Assembly (NCBI GenBank): GCA_963575745.1
Contig: CAUYUJ010000228.1
Location: forward strand, 1 to 64,000
Reading direction: 5' to 3'
DNA: 64,000 nucleotides
Origin: Prorocentrum cordatum
Taxonomy: Eukaryota
A program made the position numbers and the translations under genes. Within the stretch, counting starts at the first letter, position 1, and every line of letters starts with the position of its first letter. Below the pieces are notes generated by a model, which saw only the letters and a program-made list of their open reading frames with translations, did no database searches and was not told the origin of the DNA. This document shows positions 10,669 through 24,395 of this stretch, in pieces.

Positions 10669-10821
10669 TAGGGGGCCACATGCGAACCCTACCCCTGACC
10701 CCACGATTTCTGAGGGGGGGGGTGGGGTTCACTTCGTCTGGGAGCTGCCGAGCGGGGTGAACCCCACCCTCCCCCTCAGAAATCGTGGGGGGCAGGGGTA
10801 GGGTTCGCATGTGGCCCCCTA
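10669..10821. mobile_element. MITE family A (TIR 5'-TAGGGGGCCACATGCGAACCC...), 153-bp fold-back
   Basis: About 64-bp inverted arms (10669-10732 / 10757-10821) around a 24-nt loop. CAGGT direct repeat on both sides (10664-10668, 10822-10826). Confidence 0.85.
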
Positions 10822-11447
10822 CAGGTGTTGGCATAGGAACTCCCCCCAAAAGGAGGTATGTTCGGAAACGAAGTGGGGGAAGTGTCGAGGGTTGGGGTAG
10901 ACACGTTGGACGGCACGAGCGAAGAGTCTTGACGTGTCTGTGTTTGCAGTGCTGTGGAATGAACCGTCGTCCCATCGTGCACCCACTGGGAAAGCACAGG
11001 GACCTGGGTATTATCTCTGAAGGCGTCGGAACCGTCGGCAGCAACCTTGCGGCGCCATCATCTGTCAGTACCGACGGTTCCAGCGCCCAGGTGGGGATTC
11101 TTGCGTCCTCCAGCTCACCTGGTTCTCCTTCACCTCCTCCTCCTCCTCCTCCTCCTCCTCCTCCTCCTCCTTCTCCCCCTGCGCACTGCTCCCGGGCGCC
11201 GTGCCGCGACTGCATCCTCTTCCGACCGCGCCCATGGCGCGCGCAGGCTGCGCGACCCCACCAGCAGGGCCGGCGCACGCCTCCGCTCGGCGGCCGCAGC
11301 CCGTCGCCCCACGAGCGGGGCGCGGCCGCGCGCGCGGCGGCTCACGGCGTGGCCCCGCAGCGCACGAGCTGCCGCGGCGGCATGTCGCCCCTCCCCCCCC
11401 CGTTCCGATGATCCCCAGGACGCGTGTTGGCCCAATGTGCGCCTACC

Positions 11448-11632
11448 TCGACTGCACGTAAGAGTGACCCTTCGCCGGAGTGACCTTTGGTGCGCGCTCA
11501 CTGGGGTCCCCCGATCGCCGCGCTCGGTGCGATAGTAGCGTCTTGCGCGCTTGTGCTTGGCCCCGTCGCGCCCCCGCACAAGCCGCGCACCAAAGGTCAC
11601 TCTGGCCCGGGGTCACTCTTGCGTGCAGCCGA
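11448..11632. mobile_element. MITE family B, 185 bp
   Basis: About 49-bp TIRs tcgactgcacgtaagagtgaccc...tttggtgcgcg / cgcgcaccaaagg...ctcttgcgtgcagccga. CTACC direct repeat at 11443-11447 and 11633-11637. Confidence 0.85.
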
Positions 11633-13121
11633 CTACCCCGTTCAGCTCCACCAGCAGATCATCACACCACCTGCGTCGTATGGAGCGGTCTCGATGGGCA
11701 AGCACGCGTTGGCTCTGACACACGTGCTGAGGATCATCGGCCCCCTTCCCCTCGGGGCTCAGACAGGCTCGCGGTGGTGCCGCCGAGATCCCCGACGCGG
11801 GGCTATTCTCAGAGGAGGAGGGGACACCGATACCGATACCGCTGCTCATCCCAGGGTCCCCAGTGTGATGGCGCCAACATCGGAGAGCGGACTTCGTTTG
11901 GAAAACGATGTGATGGGCCCAGATTGTCCTGGAGAATCTCGTTTCGGATTTCGAGGTGAATTTCGTGCGGGCTTTTTTTGGCCAGGAGTGAAGACTACAA
12001 CAAATCCACGTGAAACTCGCTTCGTTTTTCGCTCGCCTTTTATGGTTTCGCATCCACTGCAGTCCACGCAAGAATCCGCTGCAGCACGTCTGCAAGGTCG
12101 GCGCAGTGACCCTCTGTCGTGACGGCGGAGCTCTCCTCGAGGCTCTCGTGGGAACGCAAACTGGCAGAGGTCCAGGGAAGCAGTGGCGGTGTCGGCATCT
12201 CCTGCTTCCCCGACAGTTCCGGACAGGATAATCGGGCACGAGCACAAACATTCGGGAGCCCGCGCGGAATGTCTTGCCGCTCCCAGGCGGGTCTGGCGCC
12301 AGCCGGAGACTTCTGCGCGGCTCTGCGAAGGTTTGCCAGAAAGCTGGATACACGTGACGCCGTTGGCTTGTGCGAGAGTTGGATACAAATTTGGCCAAAT
12401 ATATTTCGGCCGCTCGGCCCTTCTATGGCCGGGCACGCAGCGCTTCCGTTGCATGCGCATACAGCACGTGGCTTGCAGTTGGTCCACATGTGTGTGAATC
12501 CAGTCATGCGTGTTTCCAGCTTTCTGGTTTGTGTATGCCAGTTTAGAGTGTTCTGTACCTGCACCGCGAATTCGAGTTGAGGACTCAAACGGTCCAAGGG
12601 CCTGCGCGCACCTCGCAGGGCTCAACCACATAGGGTTGTTCCCCCCTTCTCCTTCTTCTCAGCCTTCTGCTGCTGCTGCTGCTCCTCCCCCTCCTCCTTC
12701 TTGTCCTCCTCCTCTTTCTCCTCTTTCATTGTTTTGTAAAAACTATCTGTATATGTTCACATCTGTACTTACACCTGTACGACTGGCAACAGGCCGATAA
12801 CGAGGATGGCGTGAGTATGTGAAGAGACCAACGACGGGACACCGTCGGGACAACCATCTTTATGCATTGAACAACCCCTCTGTCGTTCTATCGATCTATC
12901 GATCTCAGTATCCATCTATCTCACCCTCTGCCGAAATCACCGTGTGCATATCCCATCTGTGTGAACATATTGTTGTCACGTTCTATCTACCTGTCGATCT
13001 TACTGTCTATCTGCCGATCTCACGATATATCGATCTCACTATCTATCTATCTACCGATTCCACTATCGATATATGTTGCGATCTTTATGTCGACTGGCAC
13101 CTGGACCTCCACCGACACAAA

Positions 13122-13265
13122 CATCGGGACAACCATCGGGCCAATCATCGCGACAGCCATCGGGACGGTCATCGGGACAATTATCGGCACAACCATTTGA
13201 ACAACTATCGGGACAACCATCGGGACAACATTGGGACAACCATCGGGACAACCACTAGGACAACC
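13122..13265. repeat. 12-bp minisatellite (CATCGGGACAAC-like) in an ATCT-rich region; second copy at 17335-17478
   Basis: About 12 degenerate units of catcgggacaac. Confidence 0.85.
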
Positions 13266-14139
13266 TTTGTCGGTCTATCTATCGACATCACTTCCCATAT
13301 GTATGTATCACTTGCTATATAGCTGCATCACTACCTGACTATATATCGACAGATTGTTATGTCTGTTGAAATGTCGACCGTACTGTCTTTTCATCGAGCT
13401 ATCTGCCTCTGTATAGATCGATCGAGGTGTGTGTATATACATAATATATATATATATATATATATATAGATGTGCATCGAAGACGCCGACGGCGAATCAC
13501 CGCTGCTCCCTTCCTTTTGGACTCGCCCATGTGGCCGAGCGTTGTGGCAAGAGTTCTGCCAAGTATCGGACCATGTGTTTCCCCAGCCGTTGTGGAAACC
13601 CTTCGGGCAACACTTGGGGGAGGATGACAGGGAAGATGAGGAGGAGGAGGAGGAGGAGAAGGAGGAGGTATTGGAGTTGGAGGAGAAGGAGGAAAAGGAG
13701 GAGAAGGAGTTGGAGGAGGAGGAGGAGGAGGAGGAGGAAGAGGAGAGGAGGAGCGGAAGAGAGAGGGGGCATGGGACGTGGCCCCTTTCTGGGGGCACTC
13801 TTGGGGCCCCCTGGGAGCTTCCTGGGAGCTTCCTGGAGGCACCCTGGGGGCCTCCTTGGGCCTCTTGGGGGCCTTTGGGGGCTTCTCGGGGCTTCTTTGG
13901 CGGTCTCATGAGGGCCTCTCTGGGCCCGGCTGGGACTCTCTTGGGGTCCTCCTCCTCCTCCTTCTCCCCCTCTTCCTTCTCCTCATCCACCTCTCGAGGA
14001 CCTGCATCGATTGAAGCGCATTTTGTTCTCCTTCCTCCCTCTCCTCCTGCTCCCGCTCCTGCTCCGCCCTTCCTTTTCCTCCTTTTTCTTCTTCTTCTTC
14101 TTCTTTTTCGTCTCCCTCCTATTCTTCTTCTTCGTCGCC

Positions 14140-14171
<32 letters not shown>

Positions 14172-14881
14172 TCTCCTCCTCTGCCTCCTCCTCCTCCTCC
14201 TCCTCCTCTCTTCCTTCCCCTCTCCTCCTCTTACTCCTCTCTCCCTCCTCCCCCTCCTCCTCCTCCTCCTCCTCCTCCTCCTCCTCCTCCTCCTCCTCCT
14301 CCTCCTCCTCCTCCTCCTCCCCCTGAGAGGCGCGGGCCTGTGCGATCCGATTCGCCTCCCGCGCTGCTGGCCTCCCCGAATTCGCCTCTTCCCCCTCCTG
14401 GGGCTTCGTCGACGAAGCGCGCCAGGCAAGACACCGCCGTGGCCACAAGCCGCCGTCGCAGCGGTGCCGTGGAAAATCGCCGGCCCCACGCGCCAGGCGG
14501 AGGAGGAGGATGAGGAAGAGGAATAGGAGGAGGAAGAGGAGGAGGAGGAGGAGGAGGAGGAGGAGGAGGAGGAGCGGCTCCCAATACATCCTCCAAACCC
14601 GCCGATTTTCAGAGATTTCGAGTTATCCCGATCCGATTTTGTCCCGATCTTCGCGTCGTTTTAGCCGCCCTCCCGACCCGCCCGTTGGGGTCCACCCGCC
14701 CGGCCCGCCCGTAGGCCGCCCGCTCTCGTGCCCCACCCGGCCCGCCCGCGAGGGGCCGCCCGAGCCGCCCGTCGGGGTCCGCCCGCCGAGCGAGCCGCCC
14801 GCTTCGGTGTCCCGCCCGGTCAGTCCGTGAGGGCCCGCCCGCCCGACCCGCTCGTCATGCCCTGCCTGGGTGTAGCCAGGT

Positions 14882-15034
14882 TAGGGGGCCACATGCGAAC
14901 CCTACCCCTGACCCCACGATTTCTGAGGGGGGGGGTGGGGTTCACTTCGTCTGGGAGCTGCCGAGCGGGGTGAACCCCACCCTCCCCCTCAGAAATCGTG
15001 GGGGGCAGGGGTAGGGTTCGCATGTGGCCCCCTA
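14882..15034. mobile_element. MITE family A, duplicated copy
   Basis: Identical to 10669-10821, including the CAGGT flanks. Confidence 0.85.
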
Positions 15035-15660
15035 CAGGTGTTGGCATAGGAACTCCCCCCAAAAGGAGGTATGTTCGGAAACGAAGTGGGGGAAGTGTCG
15101 AGGGTTGGGGTAGACACGTTGGACGGCACGAGCGAAGAGTCTTGACGTGTCTGTGTTTGCAGTGCTGTGGAATGAACCGTCGTCCCATCGTGCACCCACT
15201 GGGAAAGCACAGGGACCTGGGTATTATCTCTGAAGGCGTCGGAACCGTCGGCAGCAACCTTGCGGCGCCATCATCTGTCAGTACCGACGGTTCCAGCGCC
15301 CAGGTGGGGATTCTTGCGTCCTCCAGCTCACCTGGTTCTCCTTCACCTCCTCCTCCTCCTCCTCCTCCTCCTCCTCCTCCTCCTTCTCCCCCTGCGCACT
15401 GCTCCCGGGCGCCGTGCCGCGACTGCATCCTCTTCCGACCGCGCCCATGGCGCGCGCAGGCTGCGCGACCCCACCAGCAGGGCCGGCGCACGCCTCCGCT
15501 CGGCGGCCGCAGCCCGTCGCCCCACGAGCGGGGCGCGGCCGCGCGCGCGGCGGCTCACGGCGTGGCCCCGCAGCGCACGAGCTGCCGCGGCGGCATGTCG
15601 CCCCTCCCCCCCCCGTTCCGATGATCCCCAGGACGCGTGTTGGCCCAATGTGCGCCTACC

Positions 15661-15845
15661 TCGACTGCACGTAAGAGTGACCCTTCGCCGGAGTGACCTT
15701 TGGTGCGCGCTCACTGGGGTCCCCCGATCGCCGCGCTCGGTGCGATAGTAGCGTCTTGCGCGCTTGTGCTTGGCCCCGTCGCGCCCCCGCACAAGCCGCG
15801 CACCAAAGGTCACTCTGGCCCGGGGTCACTCTTGCGTGCAGCCGA
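15661..15845. mobile_element. MITE family B, duplicated copy
   Basis: Identical to 11448-11632, including the CTACC flanks. Confidence 0.85.
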
Positions 15846-17842
15846 CTACCCCGTTCAGCTCCACCAGCAGATCATCACACCACCTGCGTCGTATGGAGCG
15901 GTCTCGATGGGCAAGCACGCGTTGGCTCTGACACACGTGCTGAGGATCATCGGCCCCCTTCCCCTCGGGGCTCAGACAGGCTCGCGGTGGTGCCGCCGAG
16001 ATCCCCGACGCGGGGCTATTCTCAGAGGAGGAGGGGACACCGATACCGATACCGCTGCTCATCCCAGGGTCCCCAGTGTGATGGCGCCAACATCGGAGAG
16101 CGGACTTCGTTTGGAAAACGATGTGATGGGCCCAGATTGTCCTGGAGAATCTCGTTTCGGATTTCGAGGTGAATTTCGTGCGGGCTTTTTTTGGCCAGGA
16201 GTGAAGACTACAACAAATCCACGTGAAACTCGCTTCGTTTTTCGCTCGCCTTTTATGGTTTCGCATCCACTGCAGTCCACGCAAGAATCCGCTGCAGCAC
16301 GTCTGCAAGGTCGGCGCAGTGACCCTCTGTCGTGACGGCGGAGCTCTCCTCGAGGCTCTCGTGGGAACGCAAACTGGCAGAGGTCCAGGGAAGCAGTGGC
16401 GGTGTCGGCATCTCCTGCTTCCCCGACAGTTCCGGACAGGATAATCGGGCACGAGCACAAACATTCGGGAGCCCGCGCGGAATGTCTTGCCGCTCCCAGG
16501 CGGGTCTGGCGCCAGCCGGAGACTTCTGCGCGGCTCTGCGAAGGTTTGCCAGAAAGCTGGATACACGTGACGCCGTTGGCTTGTGCGAGAGTTGGATACA
16601 AATTTGGCCAAATATATTTCGGCCGCTCGGCCCTTCTATGGCCGGGCACGCAGCGCTTCCGTTGCATGCGCATACAGCACGTGGCTTGCAGTTGGTCCAC
16701 ATGTGTGTGAATCCAGTCATGCGTGTTTCCAGCTTTCTGGTTTGTGTATGCCAGTTTAGAGTGTTCTGTACCTGCACCGCGAATTCGAGTTGAGGACTCA
16801 AACGGTCCAAGGGCCTGCGCGCACCTCGCAGGGCTCAACCACATAGGGTTGTTCCCCCCTTCTCCTTCTTCTCAGCCTTCTGCTGCTGCTGCTGCTCCTC
16901 CCCCTCCTCCTTCTTGTCCTCCTCCTCTTTCTCCTCTTTCATTGTTTTGTAAAAACTATCTGTATATGTTCACATCTGTACTTACACCTGTACGACTGGC
17001 AACAGGCCGATAACGAGGATGGCGTGAGTATGTGAAGAGACCAACGACGGGACACCGTCGGGACAACCATCTTTATGCATTGAACAACCCCTCTGTCGTT
17101 CTATCGATCTATCGATCTCAGTATCCATCTATCTCACCCTCTGCCGAAATCACCGTGTGCATATCCCATCTGTGTGAACATATTGTTGTCACGTTCTATC
17201 TACCTGTCGATCTTACTGTCTATCTGCCGATCTCACGATATATCGATCTCACTATCTATCTATCTACCGATTCCACTATCGATATATGTTGCGATCTTTA
17301 TGTCGACTGGCACCTGGACCTCCACCGACACAAACATCGGGACAACCATCGGGCCAATCATCGCGACAGCCATCGGGACGGTCATCGGGACAATTATCGG
17401 CACAACCATTTGAACAACTATCGGGACAACCATCGGGACAACATTGGGACAACCATCGGGACAACCACTAGGACAACCTTTGTCGGTCTATCTATCGACA
17501 TCACTTCCCATATGTATGTATCACTTGCTATATAGCTGCATCACTACCTGACTATATATCGACAGATTGTTATGTCTGTTGAAATGTCGACCGTACTGTC
17601 TTTTCATCGAGCTATCTGCCTCTGTATAGATCGATCGAGGTGTGTGTATATACATAATATATATATATATATATATATATAGATGTGCATCGAAGACGCC
17701 GACGGCGAATCACCGCTGCTCCCTTCCTTTTGGACTCGCCCATGTGGCCGAGCGTTGTGGCAAGAGTTCTGCCAAGTATCGGACCATGTGTTTCCCCAGC
17801 CGTTGTGGAAACCCTTCGGGCAACACTTGGGGGAGGATGACA

Positions 17843-17874
<32 letters not shown>

Positions 17875-18357
17875 AAGGAGGAGGTATTGGAGTTGGAGGA
17901 GAAGGAGGAAAAGGAGGAGAAGGAGTTGGAGGAGGAGGAGGAGGAGGAGGAGGAGGAAGAGGAGGAGGAGGAGGAGGAAGAGGAGGAGGGGGCATCTTGG
18001 GAGCCTCTGGGGGCACTCTTGGGGCCCCCTGGGAGCTTCCTGGGAGCTTCCTGGAGGCACCCTGGGGGCCTCCTTGGGCCTCTTGGGGGCCTTTGGGGGC
18101 TTCTCGGGGCTTCTTTGGCGGTCTCATGAGGGCCTCTCTGGGCCCGGCTGGGACTCTCTTGGGGTCCTCCTCCTCCTCCTTCTCCCCCTCTTCCTTCTCC
18201 TCATCCACCTCTCGAGGACCTGCATCGATTGAAGCGCATTTTGTTCTCCTTCCTCCCTCTCCTCCTGCTCCCGCTCCTGCTCCGCCCTTCCTTTTCCTCC
18301 TTTTTCTTCTTCTTCTTCTTCTTTTTCGTCTCCCTCCTATTCTTCTTCTTCGTCGCC

Positions 18358-18389
<32 letters not shown>

Positions 18390-18929
18390 TCTCCTCCTCT
18401 GCCTCCTCCTCCTCCTCCTCCTCCTCTCTTCCTCTCATCATTCTCCTCCTCTTCCTACCTTCTCCTCCTCCTCCCCCTCCTCCTCCTCCTCCTCCTCCTC
18501 CTCCTCCTCCTCCTCCTCCTCCTCCTCCTCCTCCTCCTCCTCCCCCTGAGAGGCGCGGGCCTGTGCGATCCGATTCGCCTCCCGCGCTGCTGGCCTCCCC
18601 GAATTCGCCTCTTCCCCCTCCTGGGGCTTCGTCGACGAAGCGCGCCAGGCAAGACACCGCCGTGGCCACAAGCCGCCGTCGCAGCGGTGCCGTGGAAAAT
18701 CGCCGGCCCCACGCGCCAGGCGGAGGAGGAGGATGAGGAAGAGGAATAGGAGGAGGAAGAGGAGGAGGAGGAGGAGGAGGAGGAGGAGGAGGAGGAGAGG
18801 AGAGGACGAGGGGAAAGAGGAGGGGAAGGAGGAGGAGGGAGTAGGAAGGAGGAGGAGGAGGGAGGAGGAGGAGGAGGAGGAGGAGGAAGAGGAACAGGAG
18901 GAGGAGGAGGAGGAGCAGGACCATCACAT

Positions 18930-21900
18930 GCTAATGAGGAAGGCTAGGGTTAGGCCGACCCGACCCTAGCCGAAACCTGTGGGTTACATCCGCTCTCCCC
19001 TTACGCACTCTTTCGTCCCTACGTCGCCCCTCCTTCCTTGAGGAGAGCTGGGCCGCAGGAATGGGCAGGGAAAGTCGGGGGCGGCCTTCATACTGCTCTT
19101 GGGATGACGGCCGCCAGCCAGGAGGGACCACGCACCTTGGGATAATTTACTTTGAAAGCGCTCCTTGCATTCACCTTTGAGTCCTTTGAGGTTGCTTTCG
19201 CTATAGCGGCCGCACCTCTTACAAACGACAAGGAAGGACTCGACATCAAGGTAATCGCATATCATTAAATGGTGCTTCTGGGGTTCCCGAATTAGCTTAG
19301 ACAACATGGCTGAATTACCTGGGCATGCTTCTCGCATGCGAGCCTTGCGGGTGCTGTCCGTGCGGGCGCGGGTGTGGCACGCTAGGCACAGCCAATGGCT
19401 ATTCAGCCATGCCCACTGATGTCTGACCACGCCCTGGGGGTTACGGCGCGCTCGAGCGCGCCGAGGCTGACCCCCAGGCGGGGGTGGTGCAGTCCACTGG
19501 CTGACTGCTCCCGCTGCCCCAACTGGGGGGCTGAGGCTCTGGGAGGGCTTCTCGAAGGCCTTCTTGCCCGTCTTCGGGGCGAGAGGGGCCCACAGGGAGA
19601 GCGCCTCAGCAGCATACTTCACAAGCCTCTGAACACGGCTACGGCATTCTTTACAATACTCGATTTCCCTCTGGGACGGGGCGGGGATTCTGGCAGCAGC
19701 TTGTTTGGCCACCTTGTCCGCCCAGTCGTTTCCTTTAGCAACAAACCAGTCCCTCGAGCCAGCCTCCAGGGTCGACAAATCCTGGTGGGCCTTGACTTTC
19801 CCGATCTCGAGGGACGCAAAGCAGCTCTGGGTCCTGGCCAGAACCGAAACACCCGAATACATTTCCTTTCGTGAGACTTCGGCGCTCTGATGCACCGAAA
19901 GGATACCCTTGAAATCCGTCCACGCTTTGGTGACTCTGGGGCAGGAAGCAGCAACTAAAAACCCCAGGTGTTCGGCAGCAGGCGACGTGGGGGGAAGACT
20001 GGCCCCCACAGGGCCTGAGAGACTGGCAACCAAGTCGCCGTCCTCATCGATTTTGACCACGGACCAGGCGGGGGCGTCGTACACCGCGGGCCCAGGTTTC
20101 AAAACACTGCCGTCGTGGAAAACTTCTCCTTGCATGGCCACCTCCTTGGGCAGCCCATCGCGAGACCAATATGCAGCCTGATCTAGTCCTAAACCAGGGG
20201 GCCTCCGAGCTATGGGTACAGGTCGAAGTTGAAATCCTAGCGCATATGGAAATCCTCTCCTCGGGTCCTTGAACTCCTCGATGTCTTCTTCCTTTAACAT
20301 TTCCTCTCTCAAGTTGTGGGTCTGCGGGCACTCGAGGGGCCTGTGGGGGATAGAGTCCACGGGGCCCTTAACAACTCGCATTCGACTTCATTATGATAGC
20401 CTGCCTCGGCCATCTTTTCTTTAGACCAAGTGCACTGGCAGCCATGTGAGAGCAGCGTCTTCCTTTTGTGGGCCTGAACTGTACTATCCTGCAGCGCGTG
20501 CTGCATGACCGACGGGTCGAGCGGCTCGTCGAAACCGAGCTTCTGCCCCGCCTTCGCGTCTAACTGCAACTGCCACTGAGATTGAAACAGCTTCTTGATG
20601 AGGGCTGTGGAGGTAGTGGTGAGAGGGTAGCCCTGGCCTTGCGAGTCCCGAAATACGAGTGGGTCGGGCATGGACCACCCCAGACGACTCAAGCTGAGCA
20701 GCGTGGCCCCTAAGGGCCCTCGGATCTGGTACCATGTCTTCGGGGGCTTGTGGAGGACCTGAAGGGCTTGCTCTCGGAGTCCCACCAGAGAAAAGCCGAT
20801 CGTACCAGGATAATGAGCAACTCTCCAGATCAGGTTGGCCCAATAACAGGCCAGCCCAAGAGCAGCACTCCACGTCGGGCCCCCAATATCGATAATGCCA
20901 CGGACCTGGATCTTGTAGCACAACGGGGCCCTCCAATCTTGAGGTAGAGGGACTGGGCTTCGTGCAACTCTGGGTTGGTGAGGCCGACGACCTCGGCGCC
21001 GTAGTAGGCGGCTGCTTTCAAGCCTGTCTGATAGACCTTCCGCATATTCGCACCTGCTCGCCGAATCTGGGACATGCGGTGGAGTCGACGCTTCATCTTG
21101 GAGGTTCGCTTCGCCAGAGTTCTTCGGGCCTTCTTCGAGACCCTGTTGCCCATGGTGAAATCGACTCCGAGGTTTGGCGCAGACTGTGCTTGGTTGTCTC
21201 CCTCTGGTCCACTGTACTTGCCTAGAGCTTTGGCCAGGCGTTGCTGGACTTCAGCAGACGAGCCCAGCACCGCAGCCTTGTGCAAGGCGACCGAGCAGTC
21301 GAGGTCCTCCTCGATTAAATCTAGCACGCTGTCGGAGGCCTGCGCCAGGTCCGACGCCAACAGGCGAACGCTTGTATTGTTGCTTGTCAACATGAAATCA
21401 CCTATGAAGATGGAGGGGTCCACGGTGGGGAACGTCGGAACCCAGGAGTCCATGGGGGAAACCGAATACATTTGGACGTTGTAAGTCGCAAGCGAGCAGC
21501 CAGCAGGGAAGCCTTTGGTAGCACACCCCGCGTACATAGCCAAAGTTCTGGTTGCGACAGCCCTGGGACCCCCATGCGGATTCATCATACTACACGTTAG
21601 CGTCTCCGAAAATCCAGAAGAGATCGCCCGAGATTTCCATTTCTTACGATTGACATTCTCATAGTAGTTCGATAAATCCCACGACCAGACTGATGAGCAA
21701 GATAAGGCCTCTTGTTGGCCCTTTCCCACAGACGAGCTTCCTCCTGGCGAATTTTGGACCGCGCCCTCCAGAGGGCAGGGAGCAAACCGATGCCTCGGTA
21801 CGAGGGGCCCTCAGACGGGCCAGGCTTGTGCTTCTCAATCAGCGTGATAATGACGCCGCGAATGGCTGTCGGAAATGCTCCAATCTCCTCGATCGCTGCC

Positions 21901-23175
21901 AGAAGCTTACACACATGTTCAAGTTCAACATCACTGAGATAAGCAAAGTGACGAGGGTGAAACCCATCCCAAGTCTGGCTGGTAGATTTTCGAAATCTTT
22001 TGGCAGCCGACCTGATCTGGCCAGGCGTGATGGGCTCCAGGCGGTCACGCTCGGCCGACGGCAAATTAAAGTCCTGCTCCTGCGGCGTGGCCTGCCGCAA
22101 TCCTGCGAGGCGGGCTGCCTCGGACTGAAGCAGCTCAGAAGGCCGACCTGCATATGTCTGCAGCTCGGGGCGCCAAACTTTCTGAGGTTGCCAGGGCGTG
22201 AGCTTCGAGGTCCAACGATGGGCCCAACCAACTCCCCGAGACATGGCCTCCTGGACCCAGTTGTTCCAAGACGTTGTTTCACTTTGGCGGTCCTTGGCCT
22301 CCTCAGCTTGGAGCGCGTGATCAACTGCATCATCGAGCTCTTCAAATACCTTCAAAACGAGCTTGGGATCCATCTGGCCATTGTCCTGGTCCTGGGCAGC
22401 AGCGCCTAGAGCAGTCCTAACACTGGCGAGCAAACGGGCAAACTCCTCGGTGCCTTCGAGCTCTGGGGGTGGTGACTGGATGCTGGTCAGAATCTTCGAA
22501 AGGTAAAACTCCTCCTTGGAATAATCCCGTCGGATGACATCCATGACTTTGTTTTCAACCACCGAATCGGAATTGATAGACTCCTCCAACTGGCCCTGGG
22601 TTCCACCTCCCGAGCGGCTCCTGGTGCCCGGCGGATCTTTGGAGGGCCAACTCGCGGGGCGGTGGGCGACTTAATCGGAGTGTCAGTGCGAATGCTGATC
22701 GTCTTCGCCATGTCCGAGGCGAAGTACTGGTACGCCGAATCTAGGGCCAGCAAGCGGGCCTCAATCCCAGACTCTCTATCAATGACCTGGTCCAGGAAAT
22801 CCAAGGCGGCTTCCGTGCGGCCCCAAGGCGGCACATGGTTTGTCGGCCCGTAGGGCCTGGAAGTAGAGAGAGGTTGGGGCTTCTCCAAGACTGGCACCAT
22901 GAAGGGCCTCCCGCAGCGCAGCTGGAACAGCACGGGCCTATGCGGGCTCATGGGGTACTCGTCCAAAACAGTGGCCCCTGAGAGGTCCCGGTCGAAACGC
23001 GACGAGGCGAGAACGAAGTTGATGATGGACTCAGACTTCTTCATCTTACATGTTGGTTTGGTCGGGGCCAAGATCTTGAGGCCTGCTCTCAGCGTTGAGA
23101 CCGCGGCCACAAGCATAATGGTGTGAACTTGAGGAAACCCAGAATTCGGGCATGTTTCGGGCAAGGGCCGTTTCT
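18930..23175 (-). mobile_element. Decayed non-LTR retrotransposon (LINE): APE endonuclease end - RT - RNase H - Cys-rich C-terminus; multiply frameshifted and 5'-truncated
   Basis: Chain of minus-strand ORFs 22487-23164, 21597-22589, 20830-21729, 20309-20923, 18984-20381. APE-like SIINFVLAS...MSPHRPV. RT motifs ITPGQIRSAAKRFRKSTSQTWDG, LIEK, YRGIGLL, WDLSNYYENV, GFPAGCSLA, FIGD (degenerate FxDD), NLGV. RNase H motifs FHDGS, AAEHLG, WTDFKG, KVKAH, GNDWADKVAK. C-terminal CLAC and CKRC. Confidence 0.9.
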
Positions 23176-23179
23176 ATGT

Positions 23180-24025
<846 letters not shown>

Positions 24026-24395
24026 TAGTTCTCCTTTTCGGAACTAGCTAGCGTTGCCATTCGTGGCTTCCAAACAAGAGGAAGGGGAGCAGCAAAGAAA
24101 GAGGAAAGGAGGCTTACGACAAAATGGGGAACGTGCGCAGGAACAAACATATAACGGATGAAGGAAGGATGAGACAGGAGGAAGGAGGAAGGGGGGAGGT
24201 GAAGGAGGAGAAAGGAGGAAAAAGAGGGGCCAAGCGAGCGGGGGCAGCTGGGAGTCGGCGCGGCGCGCCGCCGACGCCCCCGCCGCCCCCGCGCCGCCCC
24301 CGCCGCCGCCCCGCCGCGACGCGCACGACGCGTGCCGCCGCCGCCGCCGCCGCCGCCGCGCACCACTGCCGCCGCCGCCGCCGCCGCCGCCCACG

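Larger units (their letters stand above)
10361..14573. repeat. Tandem duplication, copy 1 (period 4,213 bp)
   Basis: 10361 gcggctcccaatacatcc recurs at 14574. ORFs recur at a +4213 offset (10515/14728, 11613/15826, 12819/17032). Confidence 0.97.
14574..18797. repeat. Tandem duplication, copy 2
   Basis: Near-identical to copy 1. Visible differences are confined to GAG/CCT tracts and short adjacent patches (about 13741-13790 vs 17958-18008). Confidence 0.97.
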
